Below are positions 20,541 to 29,708 of a stretch of DNA of 64,000 nucleotides, piece after piece. How positions within the stretch are numbered: the stretch's first letter is position 1; the number at the start of each line of letters is the position of its first letter. The stretch comes from Acidimicrobiia bacterium. GTDB taxonomy: Bacteria > Actinomycetota > Acidimicrobiia > Spongiisociales > ZC4RG35. A program made the position numbers and the translations under genes. Below the pieces are notes generated by a model that did not search any database, had not been told where the DNA came from, and was given only the letters and a program-made list of their open reading frames with translations. The stretch lies in assembly GCA_965215185.1 (NCBI GenBank), contig OZ244034.1, positions 576,001 through 640,000 on the forward strand. Direction: 5' to 3'.

Positions 20541-21539
20541 TTACCGTGACGAGGACTGGTCGGCCGCTGCCTTCCGACGGTCATCCTGTCGGTCGGGGCG
20601 ATCGCTTACCGCTATTCCAATGCCGATCGCAACGATTCCAATCACCAGTTGCAGGGTGACCGGCTCCGACAAGAGCACCACACCCAACGTCGCGCCCAGC
20701 AGAGGCGAGATATAGCCGGTAAGAGCCGCTCTGGCGGCGGTGGTGATCCGGGAGGCCCACATAAACGCTGCGAACGAAACGGCGGTGGGCACCGCCCCCA
20801 GATAGATGATAAGCCACAATCCGGTGGCGTCGATGGTGAGGTAGCCTTGGTAGCCCCCGAAGGGAATTGAGAGCAAGCAGAGGATCACGGCGGAAGTCAG
20901 ATACTGAGAAACTATCAGCGGAGCATTGCGGTGTCGGACCGCGTAGCGGCGAGTCAGCGCCCCACCCAAACCCGCTGATACCGCCCCGACCGTCATCAGG
21001 ATGACTCCCACGAGCCAACTAGATGAGGGTTGCCCCACCGGAGCCCAGCCCATGACTCCGATACCGAAGACCGCGATCATCAGGCCGGGCAACCGGGCAA
21101 TCGTGAACCTCTCTCCCGGCACCACCCAGTGGGTCAAAAGAATGGAGGCCAGGGGGATGATTCCTACGATCACCGATCCTATGCTGGCCGGAATCACCTG
21201 GAATCCCAGAGTGAAGAGGATGGTGGGAATGGTCATGTTGAATATGCCGATGGCCGCGCCGGCCTTGACCGTTGCTCGGTCCATAGTGAGATTGCGTCTG
21301 GTCAGTGCCAGGGTGCCGATGATTACAGAAGTTCCCACCAGCTGTTTGAGGGGAAAGATGGTAAAGGGACTCACGCCAAGCAACAGAATCGCCCGATTGG
21401 AAGCCGGCGCGCTTCCCCAGGCCAGAGCGGCGATGGCGATGGGGATCCAAGGGTTGCGGGTGATGGCCTGCAACCGCCCGCCCTCGCCGGATGCCGCCTG
21501 ACCAGCATCTGCGGGGATTGGGGTTTTGTGCCCGAACAT
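20541..21539 (-). CDS. DMT/EamA family transporter, copy 1
   Basis: About 10 hydrophobic helices in a two-repeat EamA layout (PGERF, LSEP). Confidence 0.88.
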   Translation of the reverse strand: MFGHKTPIPADAGQAASGEGGRLQAITRNPWIPIAIAALAWGSAPASNRAILLLGVSPFTIFPLKQLVGTSVIIGTLALTRRNLTMDRATVKAGAAIGIFNMTIPTILFTLGFQVIPASIGSVIVGIIPLASILLTHWVVPGERFTIARLPGLMIAVFGIGVMGWAPVGQPSSSWLVGVILMTVGAVSAGLGGALTRRYAVRHRNAPLIVSQYLTSAVILCLLSIPFGGYQGYLTIDATGLWLIIYLGAVPTAVSFAAFMWASRITTAARAALTGYISPLLGATLGVVLLSEPVTLQLVIGIVAIGIGIAVSDRPDRQDDRRKAAADQSSSR

Positions 21540-21702
21540 GGGGTGGCGAATCCTCCAGATCTAGAGTGGTCGGCAGGTAGCGGTGAGATTCTATGGTGAC
21601 GTGTCGGGTGAAGAACTCACTGGGAAGGTGAAAGTGGGAGGCAGGTGAGGGCTCTACGCTCCCGTTCTGCTAGCCACTGGGGTGACCCCTTTTCCGATCA
21701 CT

Positions 21703-22701
21703 TTAGCAAGAGGGGGCTTTTTGTACAGTGGCTCTTCGGCGGTCGTCCTGCCGGTCGGGGCGGTCACTAACCACGATGCCGATTGCCACTGCCGTCAATC
21801 CTACGATCAATTGGAGCGTGATCGGTTCGGATAGAAGCGCCACCCCTCCTATTGCTCCAAAAACCGGCACCAGATATCCGGTGAGGGCGGCGCGGGCAGC
21901 GGTGGCGATTCGGGAGGCCCACATGAAAGCAGCGAAGGAGACGACGGTTGGTACTGCTCCCAGATACACGATCAGCCACAGGCTGGTGGTATCGATCGTG
22001 AAATAGCCGGCATAGCCGTCGAAGGGGATCGATATGACGCACAAGAGCACCGTGGAGGTGATGAACTGGGAGGCAATCAACTGTCTGTTCGAGTGACGGA
22101 CCGCGTAGCGGCGGGTGTAGGCCCCTCCCAACCCGGCAAAGGCGGCCCCTAGGGTGGTTATGGCCACCCCAAGTACCCATCGGGAGGAGGCTTGGCCGGC
22201 CGGTGCCCATGCCATGATTCCCACTCCGAGTATCGCCACGAAAAGGCCCGGCAGCCTGCCGATCCGGAAGCGTTCTCCTGGCACTACCCAATGAGTGAAG
22301 AGGATGGTTACCAGGGGGATGATCCCCACGATCACCGCCCCGATACTGGCTGGGATTATCTGGAACCCCAGAGTGAAGAGAATGGTGGGAATGGTCATGT
22401 TGAATATGCCGATGACGGCGCCGGCCTTGAAGGATTGGAAGTCGAATCTCGGCAGGCGTCTGACCAGAGCCAAGGCTCCGATCATCACTACGGCCGCGAC
22501 CACCTGCTTGAGGGGGAAGATGGTGAAGGGGTTCACCCCTTTCAACAGGATTACCCGATTGGCAGCGGGAGCGCTGCCCCAGGCAAGCGATGCGATGAGG
22601 ATCGGTATCCAGGGATTGTGGGTAACGGTCTGCCACCGGCCTCCCTCTCCGAACCTGCTTTGAGGAATACACTTTACAATCGGAGTCTTATGGCCAAACA
22701 T
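21703..22701 (-). CDS. DMT/EamA family transporter, copy 2 (tandem paralog)
   Basis: Same length (332 aa) and collinear with 20541-21539. Confidence 0.88.
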   Translation of the reverse strand: MFGHKTPIVKCIPQSRFGEGGRWQTVTHNPWIPILIASLAWGSAPAANRVILLKGVNPFTIFPLKQVVAAVVMIGALALVRRLPRFDFQSFKAGAVIGIFNMTIPTILFTLGFQIIPASIGAVIVGIIPLVTILFTHWVVPGERFRIGRLPGLFVAILGVGIMAWAPAGQASSRWVLGVAITTLGAAFAGLGGAYTRRYAVRHSNRQLIASQFITSTVLLCVISIPFDGYAGYFTIDTTSLWLIVYLGAVPTVVSFAAFMWASRIATAARAALTGYLVPVFGAIGGVALLSEPITLQLIVGLTAVAIGIVVSDRPDRQDDRRRATVQKAPSC

Positions 22702-23649
22702 GCGGTGGCTCTTTCTCCGGAACGGGGGTGGGCCGATTTGTCAGAGCGGGAGTTCCGGTCTTTCATAACGTCGGTGCGGCCCACCGACGAGGTGATGGTG
22801 GAGGAGCGGGTTGCGGCGCTTGCGACCCGCTCCATAAAGCGGGAAGCCAAGATGTGGGCTTTGCGGGCGGCGATAGCCATGACTGACTTGACCACCCTGG
22901 AGGGGATGGACACCATTGAAAAGGTAAGACAACTGTCCTATAAGGCTATCAGACCCGACCCGATGGATACCTCGATTCCTTCGGTGGCTGCGGTGTGCGT
23001 CTATCCCAATCTCGTGGAAACGGTGGCCGAGGAACTGCGAGGGAGTACGGTGCGGGTGGCGTCGGTCGCCACCTACTTTCCTTCTGGTCAGGCTCCGCTC
23101 GAACTGAAGGTCGCCGAAACGAGGCGGGTGGTGTCGGACGGGGCCGACGAGGTGGATATGGTTATCGACCGGGGGTCTTTTCTGAGTGGAGACTATGTGA
23201 AAGTCTTCGCCGAGGTGGCGGCCGTCCAAGAGGCGTCGGGGGCAGCCTGTCTGAAGGTGATCCTCGAGACTGGCGAATTGGGCTCCTACGACAATATTCG
23301 GCGAGCATCGATGTTGGCCATGGCGGCGGGCGCCGACTTTATCAAGACTTCCACCGGGAAAATCCAGCCTGCTGCCACCCTGCCGGTTACCTTGGTGATG
23401 TTGGAGGCGATTAGGGATTTTCACGTTATGACCGGACGAGCAGTGGGAATGAAACCCGCCGGAGGGATCAGCACCTCCAAACAAGCCATCAAGTGGCTGG
23501 TGTTACTGAACGAGACTCTCGGTTTGGAGTGGATGACTCCCGAACGCTTCCGGTTCGGCGCCTCCTCATTGGTCAATGACCTGCTTATGCAAATCAGGTG
23601 GATGAAGACCGGGCGTTATCAGTCGGCCGACTATTTCACCAGGGCCTAA
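22690..23649 (+). CDS. deoC: Deoxyribose-phosphate aldolase (actinobacterial long form)
   Basis: TRSIK, DLTTLEG, DEVDMVI, LKVILETGEL, FIKTSTGK, KPAGG and RFGASS. Start uncertain (22690, 22705 or 22738). Confidence 0.92.
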   Translation: MAKHAVALSPERGWADLSEREFRSFITSVRPTDEVMVEERVAALATRSIKREAKMWALRAAIAMTDLTTLEGMDTIEKVRQLSYKAIRPDPMDTSIPSVAAVCVYPNLVETVAEELRGSTVRVASVATYFPSGQAPLELKVAETRRVVSDGADEVDMVIDRGSFLSGDYVKVFAEVAAVQEASGAACLKVILETGELGSYDNIRRASMLAMAAGADFIKTSTGKIQPAATLPVTLVMLEAIRDFHVMTGRAVGMKPAGGISTSKQAIKWLVLLNETLGLEWMTPERFRFGASSLVNDLLMQIRWMKTGRYQSADYFTRA

Positions 23650-23654
23650 AGAAA

Positions 23655-25124
23655 GTGAATATCCGTGATCCTCTGACCCCCGGTGTTCCCAGGTGGGAAT
23701 ACGAGAGGTCTCGAGAGAATCCCGATCTGGCCGCCATCCGCCCCAGCTATGGGTTGTGGATCGGGGGCCAAGAGGTGGAGCCACTTTCGGAGAAGTGGTT
23801 CGCCACCATTGAGCCGGCCACCGAGGAGCATCTGGCCACCGTGGCGGAGGCGGGGCCAGCCGACATTGACCGGGCAGTAGAGGCGGCGAGATCAGCGGCG
23901 CCCGCTTGGGCGGCCCTGCCCGCGGTGGACCGGGCCAAGTTCCTGTTCCGTATCGCCCGGCTGATCCAGGAACGTAGCCGGGAATTGGCGGTGTTAGACA
24001 CCAGGGACGGGGGCAAGCCCATCCGCGAGGCGCGGGATGTGGACCTTCCCCTGGTAGCTGCCCACTTCTTCTACCACGCCGGCTGGGCTGACAAACTGGA
24101 ATATGCCTTTGTGGGGGTTCAACCGAGACCGCTGGGGGTGGTGGGACAGGTGATACCCTGGAATTTCCCCCTGTTGATGGCGGCCTGGAAGATAGCCCCA
24201 GCTCTAGCCACGGGTAACACGGTGGTGCTCAAACCGGCTGAGACCACCCCGCTTTCGGCGCTGCGACTGGCGGAACTGGCCACCGAGGCCGGGTTGCCTC
24301 CTGGTGTGCTGAATGTGGTTCCGGGGGCGGGGAGAACCGGGGCGGAATTGGTGGGTCATCCGGGAGTGGACAAGGTGGCATTCACCGGCTCCACCGAAGT
24401 GGGAAAGGAGATACGAAGGCGTTTGGGGGGCTCGGGAACGTCGCTCACCCTCGAATTGGGCGGAAAAGGCGCTCATGTGGTGTTTGAGGACGCTCCCTTG
24501 GACCAAGCCGTGGAAGGGGTGGTGAACGGCATCTTCTTCAATCAGGGTCAGGTGTGCTGTGCGGGAAGCAGGCTGTTGGTGCAGGAGTCCATCGCCTCGG
24601 AATTCGTGGAGTTGCTTCGGCGTCGTCTTTCCACTCTGCGGGTGGGGGATCCGCTGGACAAGAACACCGACATCGGAGCGATCAACTCGGCGGCCCAGTT
24701 GCGCAAGATCACCGAATTGGTGGAGTCCGGCCAGCAAGAGGGTGCGGTGATCTACCAGCCTCCATGCCAACTGCCGGAACGGGGATTCTGGTACCCTCCC
24801 ACCCTCTTCACCGGGGTGTCTCAGTCACACCGCATCGCCCAGGAGGAGATCTTCGGTCCGGTGTTGTCGATACTGACCTTCCGGACTCCTGCCGAGGCGG
24901 TGGAGCGAGCCAACAACACCCCCTATGGTTTGGCGGCCGGGGTGTGGACCGCCAAGGGATCTCGCATACTGTGGATGGCCGACCGGCTGGCGGCCGGGGT
25001 GGTGTGGGCCAACACCTACAACAAATTCGACCCGGCTTCTCCGTTCGGAGGGGTGAAGGAGTCCGGGTTTGGGCGGGAGGGTGGTCGCCATGGCCTGGCG
25101 GGCTATCTGAAGGGAGTCGAGTGA
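23655..25124 (+). CDS. Aldehyde dehydrogenase
   Basis: PWNFP, KPAE, FTGSTEVG, ELGGK, catalytic Cys in GQVCCAGS and EEIFGP. Confidence 0.94.
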   Translation: MNIRDPLTPGVPRWEYERSRENPDLAAIRPSYGLWIGGQEVEPLSEKWFATIEPATEEHLATVAEAGPADIDRAVEAARSAAPAWAALPAVDRAKFLFRIARLIQERSRELAVLDTRDGGKPIREARDVDLPLVAAHFFYHAGWADKLEYAFVGVQPRPLGVVGQVIPWNFPLLMAAWKIAPALATGNTVVLKPAETTPLSALRLAELATEAGLPPGVLNVVPGAGRTGAELVGHPGVDKVAFTGSTEVGKEIRRRLGGSGTSLTLELGGKGAHVVFEDAPLDQAVEGVVNGIFFNQGQVCCAGSRLLVQESIASEFVELLRRRLSTLRVGDPLDKNTDIGAINSAAQLRKITELVESGQQEGAVIYQPPCQLPERGFWYPPTLFTGVSQSHRIAQEEIFGPVLSILTFRTPAEAVERANNTPYGLAAGVWTAKGSRILWMADRLAAGVVWANTYNKFDPASPFGGVKESGFGREGGRHGLAGYLKGVE

Positions 25125-25967
25125 GTGGGTGAACGGGTAGGGGTCCGCAAGACCTACAAGCTGTATATCGACGGGAAATTCCCCCGCTCCGAGTCGGGAC
25201 GCACCTTCCCATTCGAGTCACGGGACCACTCGGTGGCAGTTCATCTCTCCCGGGCTTCCCGCAAGGATTTGCGAATGGCGGTACGAGCCGCCCGAGGAGC
25301 CTTGACGGGATGGAAGGAACGCTCGGGCTACAACCGGGGCCAGATCATGTACCGGATCGCCGAAATGGTCGAAGATCGCGCCGAGACCTTCGTCGCTCAG
25401 TTGGCGCTGAGTGGATCCCTGGAAGCGGCCCGCCGAGAAGTTGAGGAGGCGATCGATCTCTTGATCTGGTATGCGGGTTGGTGTGATAAGTACATACAGG
25501 TGATCGGGAATATGAACCCGGTGGCAGGGCCGTTCTTCAATATCTCTACGCCCGAGCCGGTGGGAGTGGTGGGGGTCCTGTCCTCCCCTGCGCCCGCTCT
25601 GCTGGGCTTAGTCGGAGGGCTCTCCCCGGTCATGGTGAGTGGGAACACCGCGGTGGTGGTGGCTTCCCCTTCCCAGCCCCTGACCGCGGTCACCTTTGCG
25701 GAGGCCCTCGCAACCGCCGATGTACCGGCGGGGGTGGTGAACATCCTCACCGGTTCCTCAACCGAGCTCGCTCCCTGGCTGGCAGGCCATATGGACGTCA
25801 ACGCCCTCGATCTGTCGGGCGCTGCTTCAGAGATGACCGCCGGTCTGGAGGAGGCGTCTTCTCACAACTTGAAGCGTGTCGGTAGCTGGAAGAAGGCTGA
25901 TCCAAATCTCTACAGGATCGCGGCTTTCACCGAGATCAAGACGGTCTGGCACCCCAAAGGCCGCTAA
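25125..25967 (+). CDS. Short aldehyde-dehydrogenase-like protein (Rossmann part only, no catalytic domain)
   Basis: KTYKLYIDGKFPRSESGR, EPVGVVG, GVVNILTG and EIKTVWHP. No ELGGK or catalytic Cys. Confidence 0.88.
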   Translation: MGERVGVRKTYKLYIDGKFPRSESGRTFPFESRDHSVAVHLSRASRKDLRMAVRAARGALTGWKERSGYNRGQIMYRIAEMVEDRAETFVAQLALSGSLEAARREVEEAIDLLIWYAGWCDKYIQVIGNMNPVAGPFFNISTPEPVGVVGVLSSPAPALLGLVGGLSPVMVSGNTAVVVASPSQPLTAVTFAEALATADVPAGVVNILTGSSTELAPWLAGHMDVNALDLSGAASEMTAGLEEASSHNLKRVGSWKKADPNLYRIAAFTEIKTVWHPKGR

Positions 25968-26063
25968 AGGGCTGGAGAGCGACTTCCCTTACGACCCCGT
26001 TCGGAGGGGAAAACTTTCCCGGCTTGGGAAGAAGAAGACCTGACAGGCAACGCTACGACGGAG

Positions 26064-26681
26064 GTGACTTCCGGGGATATCACTTTTGAGGGTCGCTCTT
26101 TGTTGGGACTGGACCCAAACCGGGTGACCTATCGGGGTATCGCCCGCACGTTTCAGAACGTGCGACTATTCGCCAATATGACGGTGCTCGAGAACGTGAT
26201 GGTTGCCCAGCACTGTCGGACGAAACAGGGCGCCTTCGCGGCACTGTTTTACACCAAGGCCTCTCGACGTGAGGAAGCTGAGATACAAGCCCACGCCAAA
26301 GTAGTCCTCAGTTGCTTCGGTCCCCGTCTCATGGGATTCCGTCTCGACCAGCCGGCTTCGATGCTGTCGTATGCCAATCGGCGTCGCCTGGAGATAGCCC
26401 GTGCCATGGCCACGCATCCCAAGCTGTTGCTGCTCGACGAGCCGGCGGCGGGAATGAATCCCATGGAGTCGGCTGAACTGACCAGGCTGATCGGCAAGCT
26501 TCGCGATGAATGGGATTTCACTATTGTCGTTATCGAGCACGATATGGCGGTGGTGCGCGAAGTGTCCGACCGGGTGATTGTGCTTGATAACGGCAACAAG
26601 ATCGCCGACGGCGCCTATCGCGAGGTAGCCTCCGATCCCCGCGTGATAGAGGCCTATCTCGGCCACGGGGCGGCGTCATGA
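26064..26681 (+). pseudogene. 5'-truncated branched-chain amino acid ABC ATPase (LivG-like)
   Basis: Recognisable from TSGDITF onward (RTFQN, LLLLDEPAAG, IEHDM, V.EAYLG). No intact Walker A and no in-frame upstream start after the stop at 25965-25967. Confidence 0.7.
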
Positions 26682-27409
26682 AAGCCGACTCCCCTTTGTT
26701 GGAGATGCGATCGGTGAACGCTCACTACGGAGCTGTACACGCGCTGCGCGATGTGAATCTGGCCATTTTCGAAGGCGAATTGGTCTGTTTGCTGGGAGGC
26801 AACGCCAGCGGCAAGTCCACCACCCTCAAGACGCTGCTCGGTATGATCACTCCCACCTCTGGGGAGGTGCTGCTCGCCGGCGAAGTGGTCAACGATAAGC
26901 CCACCAGCTACCGGGTGAGGAAGGGCGTCACCATGGTTCCGGAGAACCGCCGCCTGTTCAAGCGCCTCAGCGTGAAAGACAATCTCGAGTTGGGCGCCTA
27001 CCTCCGCAAGGACACCGAACAGATCGGCGCCGATATGGAACGCGTGTTCAAGTTGTTCCCCCGTGTTAAGGAGCGGCTGAGCCAAAAGGCAGGTACTCTC
27101 TCCGGCGGTGAACAGCAGATGGTGGCCATGGGCCGGGCGCTGATGGCCGGACCGCGGGTACTGTTGATGGACGAGCCGTCGATGGGTCTTGCTCCGGCTT
27201 TGGTGCAGCAAAACTTTGAGTTGATTGAACAAATTCACGAGGCGGGTATGACGGTGTTCATGGTGGAGCAGAACGCCAACATGGCACTCGCCATCGCCGA
27301 CCGGGGCTGGGTGCTGCAAACCGGGCGTGTGATACTGGACGACACGGCCGAAAACCTATTGGCTCACCCCGACCTGCGCGCTTCCTACCTTGGTGATGGA
27401 GCCTCATAA
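26678..27409 (+). CDS. Branched-chain amino acid ABC ATPase (LivF-like)
   Basis: GGNASGKST, LSGGEQQM, DEPSMGL and VEQNA. Confidence 0.92.
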   Translation: MKADSPLLEMRSVNAHYGAVHALRDVNLAIFEGELVCLLGGNASGKSTTLKTLLGMITPTSGEVLLAGEVVNDKPTSYRVRKGVTMVPENRRLFKRLSVKDNLELGAYLRKDTEQIGADMERVFKLFPRVKERLSQKAGTLSGGEQQMVAMGRALMAGPRVLLMDEPSMGLAPALVQQNFELIEQIHEAGMTVFMVEQNANMALAIADRGWVLQTGRVILDDTAENLLAHPDLRASYLGDGAS

Positions 27410-27423
27410 CGGCTGGCCGAGGT

Positions 27424-28335
27424 TTGTCTGACCACCCCGCTCCGGACCGAGAGTCGCTGATCGAACTTGATGGTCGGTTTCTCGATTTGCGGGCCACCCT
27501 GGCCCCGTTGGGCAAAATGGTTGCCCGTTTCTCTGCGGGCGGATGGTGGAAGGCGATCCGTACCCCCGAGGGGGTGGCCACGGTGCGGATCAGCCGTCCG
27601 GAGAAGGAACAGGTTCTGATCGGGGCTTGGGGAGAAGGTAGCGATTGGATATGTGAACGGGGGGAACGCTGGGTGGGCCTGGCCGACCATCCTGAGGATT
27701 TCGTTCCAGAACATCCTTTGGTAAGCAGGCTCCATCGTCTCAACCCTGGAACGCGGTTCGGCGCCACCGGTTTGGTCTCCGATGCTTTGTGGGCTGCAAT
27801 TTTTGCTCAAAAGGTCACCGGGCGGGAGGCGGTCCGAAGCATGAGGGCACTTATCCGCAATTGGGGAGATTCGGCCCCGGGCCCGCCAGTGGGAGTGGCT
27901 CTGCTGCCCGCTCCCGAGAAACTGGCCGCGGCCGCTTACTACGACCTCCATCCTCTGGGGCTGGAACGCAAGAGAGCGGAGACCTTGTTGAGGGCGGCGC
28001 GTTGGCATGGGCGAATCCAGCAGACTGCCGATCTTTCTTCAGCGGAGGCCAGTCGGTTTCTACAGCGATTACCCGGAATAGGAAAGTGGACTGCGGCGAC
28101 GACGGTGGCGGTCAGCCATGGCGACGCAGATGCGGTGGCGGTGGGTGACTACCACTTGAAAAATGTGGTTGCCTGGCATCTTGAAGGTCGCCCGCGTGGT
28201 ACTGACGATGAGATGATGGAACTTCTGGAGCCGTTCCGGCCCCATCGCGGCAGGGTGGTGAGACTGTTGGAGAAGGCGGGTCCGGCGCCGCGGTTTGGGC
28301 CGGGCATGCCGCTGCGCGACTTTCGGTATCAGTAA
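27424..28335 (+). CDS. HhH-GPD DNA glycosylase (3-methyladenine glycosylase II-like)
   Basis: QKVTG.EA, helix-hairpin-helix LPGIG.WTA, GD.DAV.VGDYH and LLEPF..HRGR. Confidence 0.88.
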   Translation: MSDHPAPDRESLIELDGRFLDLRATLAPLGKMVARFSAGGWWKAIRTPEGVATVRISRPEKEQVLIGAWGEGSDWICERGERWVGLADHPEDFVPEHPLVSRLHRLNPGTRFGATGLVSDALWAAIFAQKVTGREAVRSMRALIRNWGDSAPGPPVGVALLPAPEKLAAAAYYDLHPLGLERKRAETLLRAARWHGRIQQTADLSSAEASRFLQRLPGIGKWTAATTVAVSHGDADAVAVGDYHLKNVVAWHLEGRPRGTDDEMMELLEPFRPHRGRVVRLLEKAGPAPRFGPGMPLRDFRYQ

Positions 28336-29639
28336 GTGGTTCCCAGGAAGGCGAGGATCGCCTGTCCCACCAGTAGAGGGTCCAGCATCGCGGCATGATC
28401 TTGGTGAGGGATGATCTCCAACGACACGTCATGTTCGGCTTCGACCAGCGCCTGGGCGAAGCGTTCCGATTGGGAGGGGAAAACTAGTTCGTCCTCGCCG
28501 CCCGTTAGCAACAAAAAGCGCCGTTGCGGGTGGTTTTCCACCAGTTGGATGGGATTCAGAGCGTTCCATGAGTCCGGGTCCTGTGGGGTGGAGCCGGTCA
28601 GCAGGCGGAGGAAGACTCGCATGGCCGTCTGGCCCCCCTGTCCCAGCCAGGCTGCCGTTTGCGGAAGATGCTCAACAATGAGTTCTGGTTGCCACAGCTG
28701 ATCAAGGATTCCTTCGTTCCACAGCACATTGAGATCGTAGGGTCCGGCCAGGCCGATCATCCCTGCGATCTCTACCGGATCGTGGGGGCAGGTCTGGGGG
28801 AGAGGGTGGTTGGAGAGGGCGACCAGGGCGGTGAGATGGCCGCCCGAGGAGAAGCCCAGCAGCCAAACCGGACCGGCCGGTCCGGTGAGGTGGGCCCGTG
28901 CAAGGCCAGGCGCGGCGGCCGCCAAGCAGGCCACTTCTCCCACCATGGAAGGAATGCGCCCATTCTTCGACAAAGTGCGGTAATCGGCGTTCACCGCCAC
29001 CACTCCTCGGCTGGCCAGATGATCGGCCAACGCCGAGAGCTGCGCTCGGTCCGTGAAGGTCCATCCTCGTCCGAAAGAAAGCGTCGTTACCGGATAGTTA
29101 CCCGGTTGGGCGGGGGCGTGGACATCGGCGTATAGCCCGGGCATGAACTCCACGGTGGTAATTGAGACTTCATATACAGGCGGATTCTCGATCTGACTGG
29201 CTTCGGGGGTGGTGGTGGTCGTGGTGGTTGTGTGGTTGTGGGGGTGGTTGTGGGGGTGGTTGTGGGGGTGGTTGTGGGGGTGGTTGCCAGGGTCGTGGTC
29301 GTGGTGGTTGTGGTTGTGGTTGTGGTTGTGGTTGTGGTTGTGGTTGTGGTTGTGGTTGTGGTTGTGGGGGTGGTTGCCAGGGTGGTTGCCAGGGTGGTGG
29401 TCGTGGTGGTTGTGGTTGTGGGGGTGGTTGCCAGGGTGGTGGTCGTGGTGGTTGTGGTTGTGGGGGTGGTTGTGGTTGTGGGTGGTTGTGGTTGTGGTTG
29501 TGGTTGTGGGGGTGGTTGTGGTTGTGGTTGCGGTGCTGATCGTGGAATCCGCGGGCAAGGTCACCTGTGGATCGGTTTCGACGATGCATGCCCCCAATAG
29601 CAGCCCGGCAATCATCAGACGCGCCGCCCAGTTCCGCAT
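28329..29639 (-). CDS. Lipoprotein alpha/beta hydrolase (esterase-like) with Thr- and His/Asn-rich linker
   Basis: Lipobox LLGAC; low-complexity linker; GFSSGG nucleophile elbow, DELV Asp and DH His. Confidence 0.85.
   Translation of the reverse strand: MRNWAARLMIAGLLLGACIVETDPQVTLPADSTISTATTTTTTPTTTTTTTTTHNHNHPHNHNHHDHHPGNHPHNHNHHDHHPGNHPGNHPHNHNHNHNHNHNHNHNHNHNHHDHDPGNHPHNHPHNHPHNHPHNHTTTTTTTTPEASQIENPPVYEVSITTVEFMPGLYADVHAPAQPGNYPVTTLSFGRGWTFTDRAQLSALADHLASRGVVAVNADYRTLSKNGRIPSMVGEVACLAAAAPGLARAHLTGPAGPVWLLGFSSGGHLTALVALSNHPLPQTCPHDPVEIAGMIGLAGPYDLNVLWNEGILDQLWQPELIVEHLPQTAAWLGQGGQTAMRVFLRLLTGSTPQDPDSWNALNPIQLVENHPQRRFLLLTGGEDELVFPSQSERFAQALVEAEHDVSLEIIPHQDHAAMLDPLLVGQAILAFLGTTY
29205..29531 (-). 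repeat. Degenerate (ACCACA)n hexamer-based tandem repeat with ACCCCC, ACCACG and ACCCTGGCA variants
   Basis: Runs of GGTTGT are visible on the + strand, with higher-order blocks. Confidence 0.95.
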
Positions 29640-29708
29640 AAGTCAGAGCGTAGAAGCCCGTTGGATCTATGGGACCTGCGGCTAGCAGCGCCATGTACCC
29701 TTTCGGGA

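Noticed and set aside
22192-22689. 166-aa N-terminal extension of deoC
   Set aside because: It overlaps the EamA gene antisense and has no DeoC similarity.
25122-25124. Selenocysteine TGA between the two ALDH ORFs
   Set aside because: The position is a linker rather than a Cys-equivalent site, no convincing SECIS follows, and the second ORF has its own RBS.
29205-29531. Repeat region as a CRISPR array, or the plus-strand poly-Val, Trp/Leu and Gly/Cys ORFs as genes
   Set aside because: There are no unique spacers and no cas genes; those ORFs are antisense shadows of the linker repeat.
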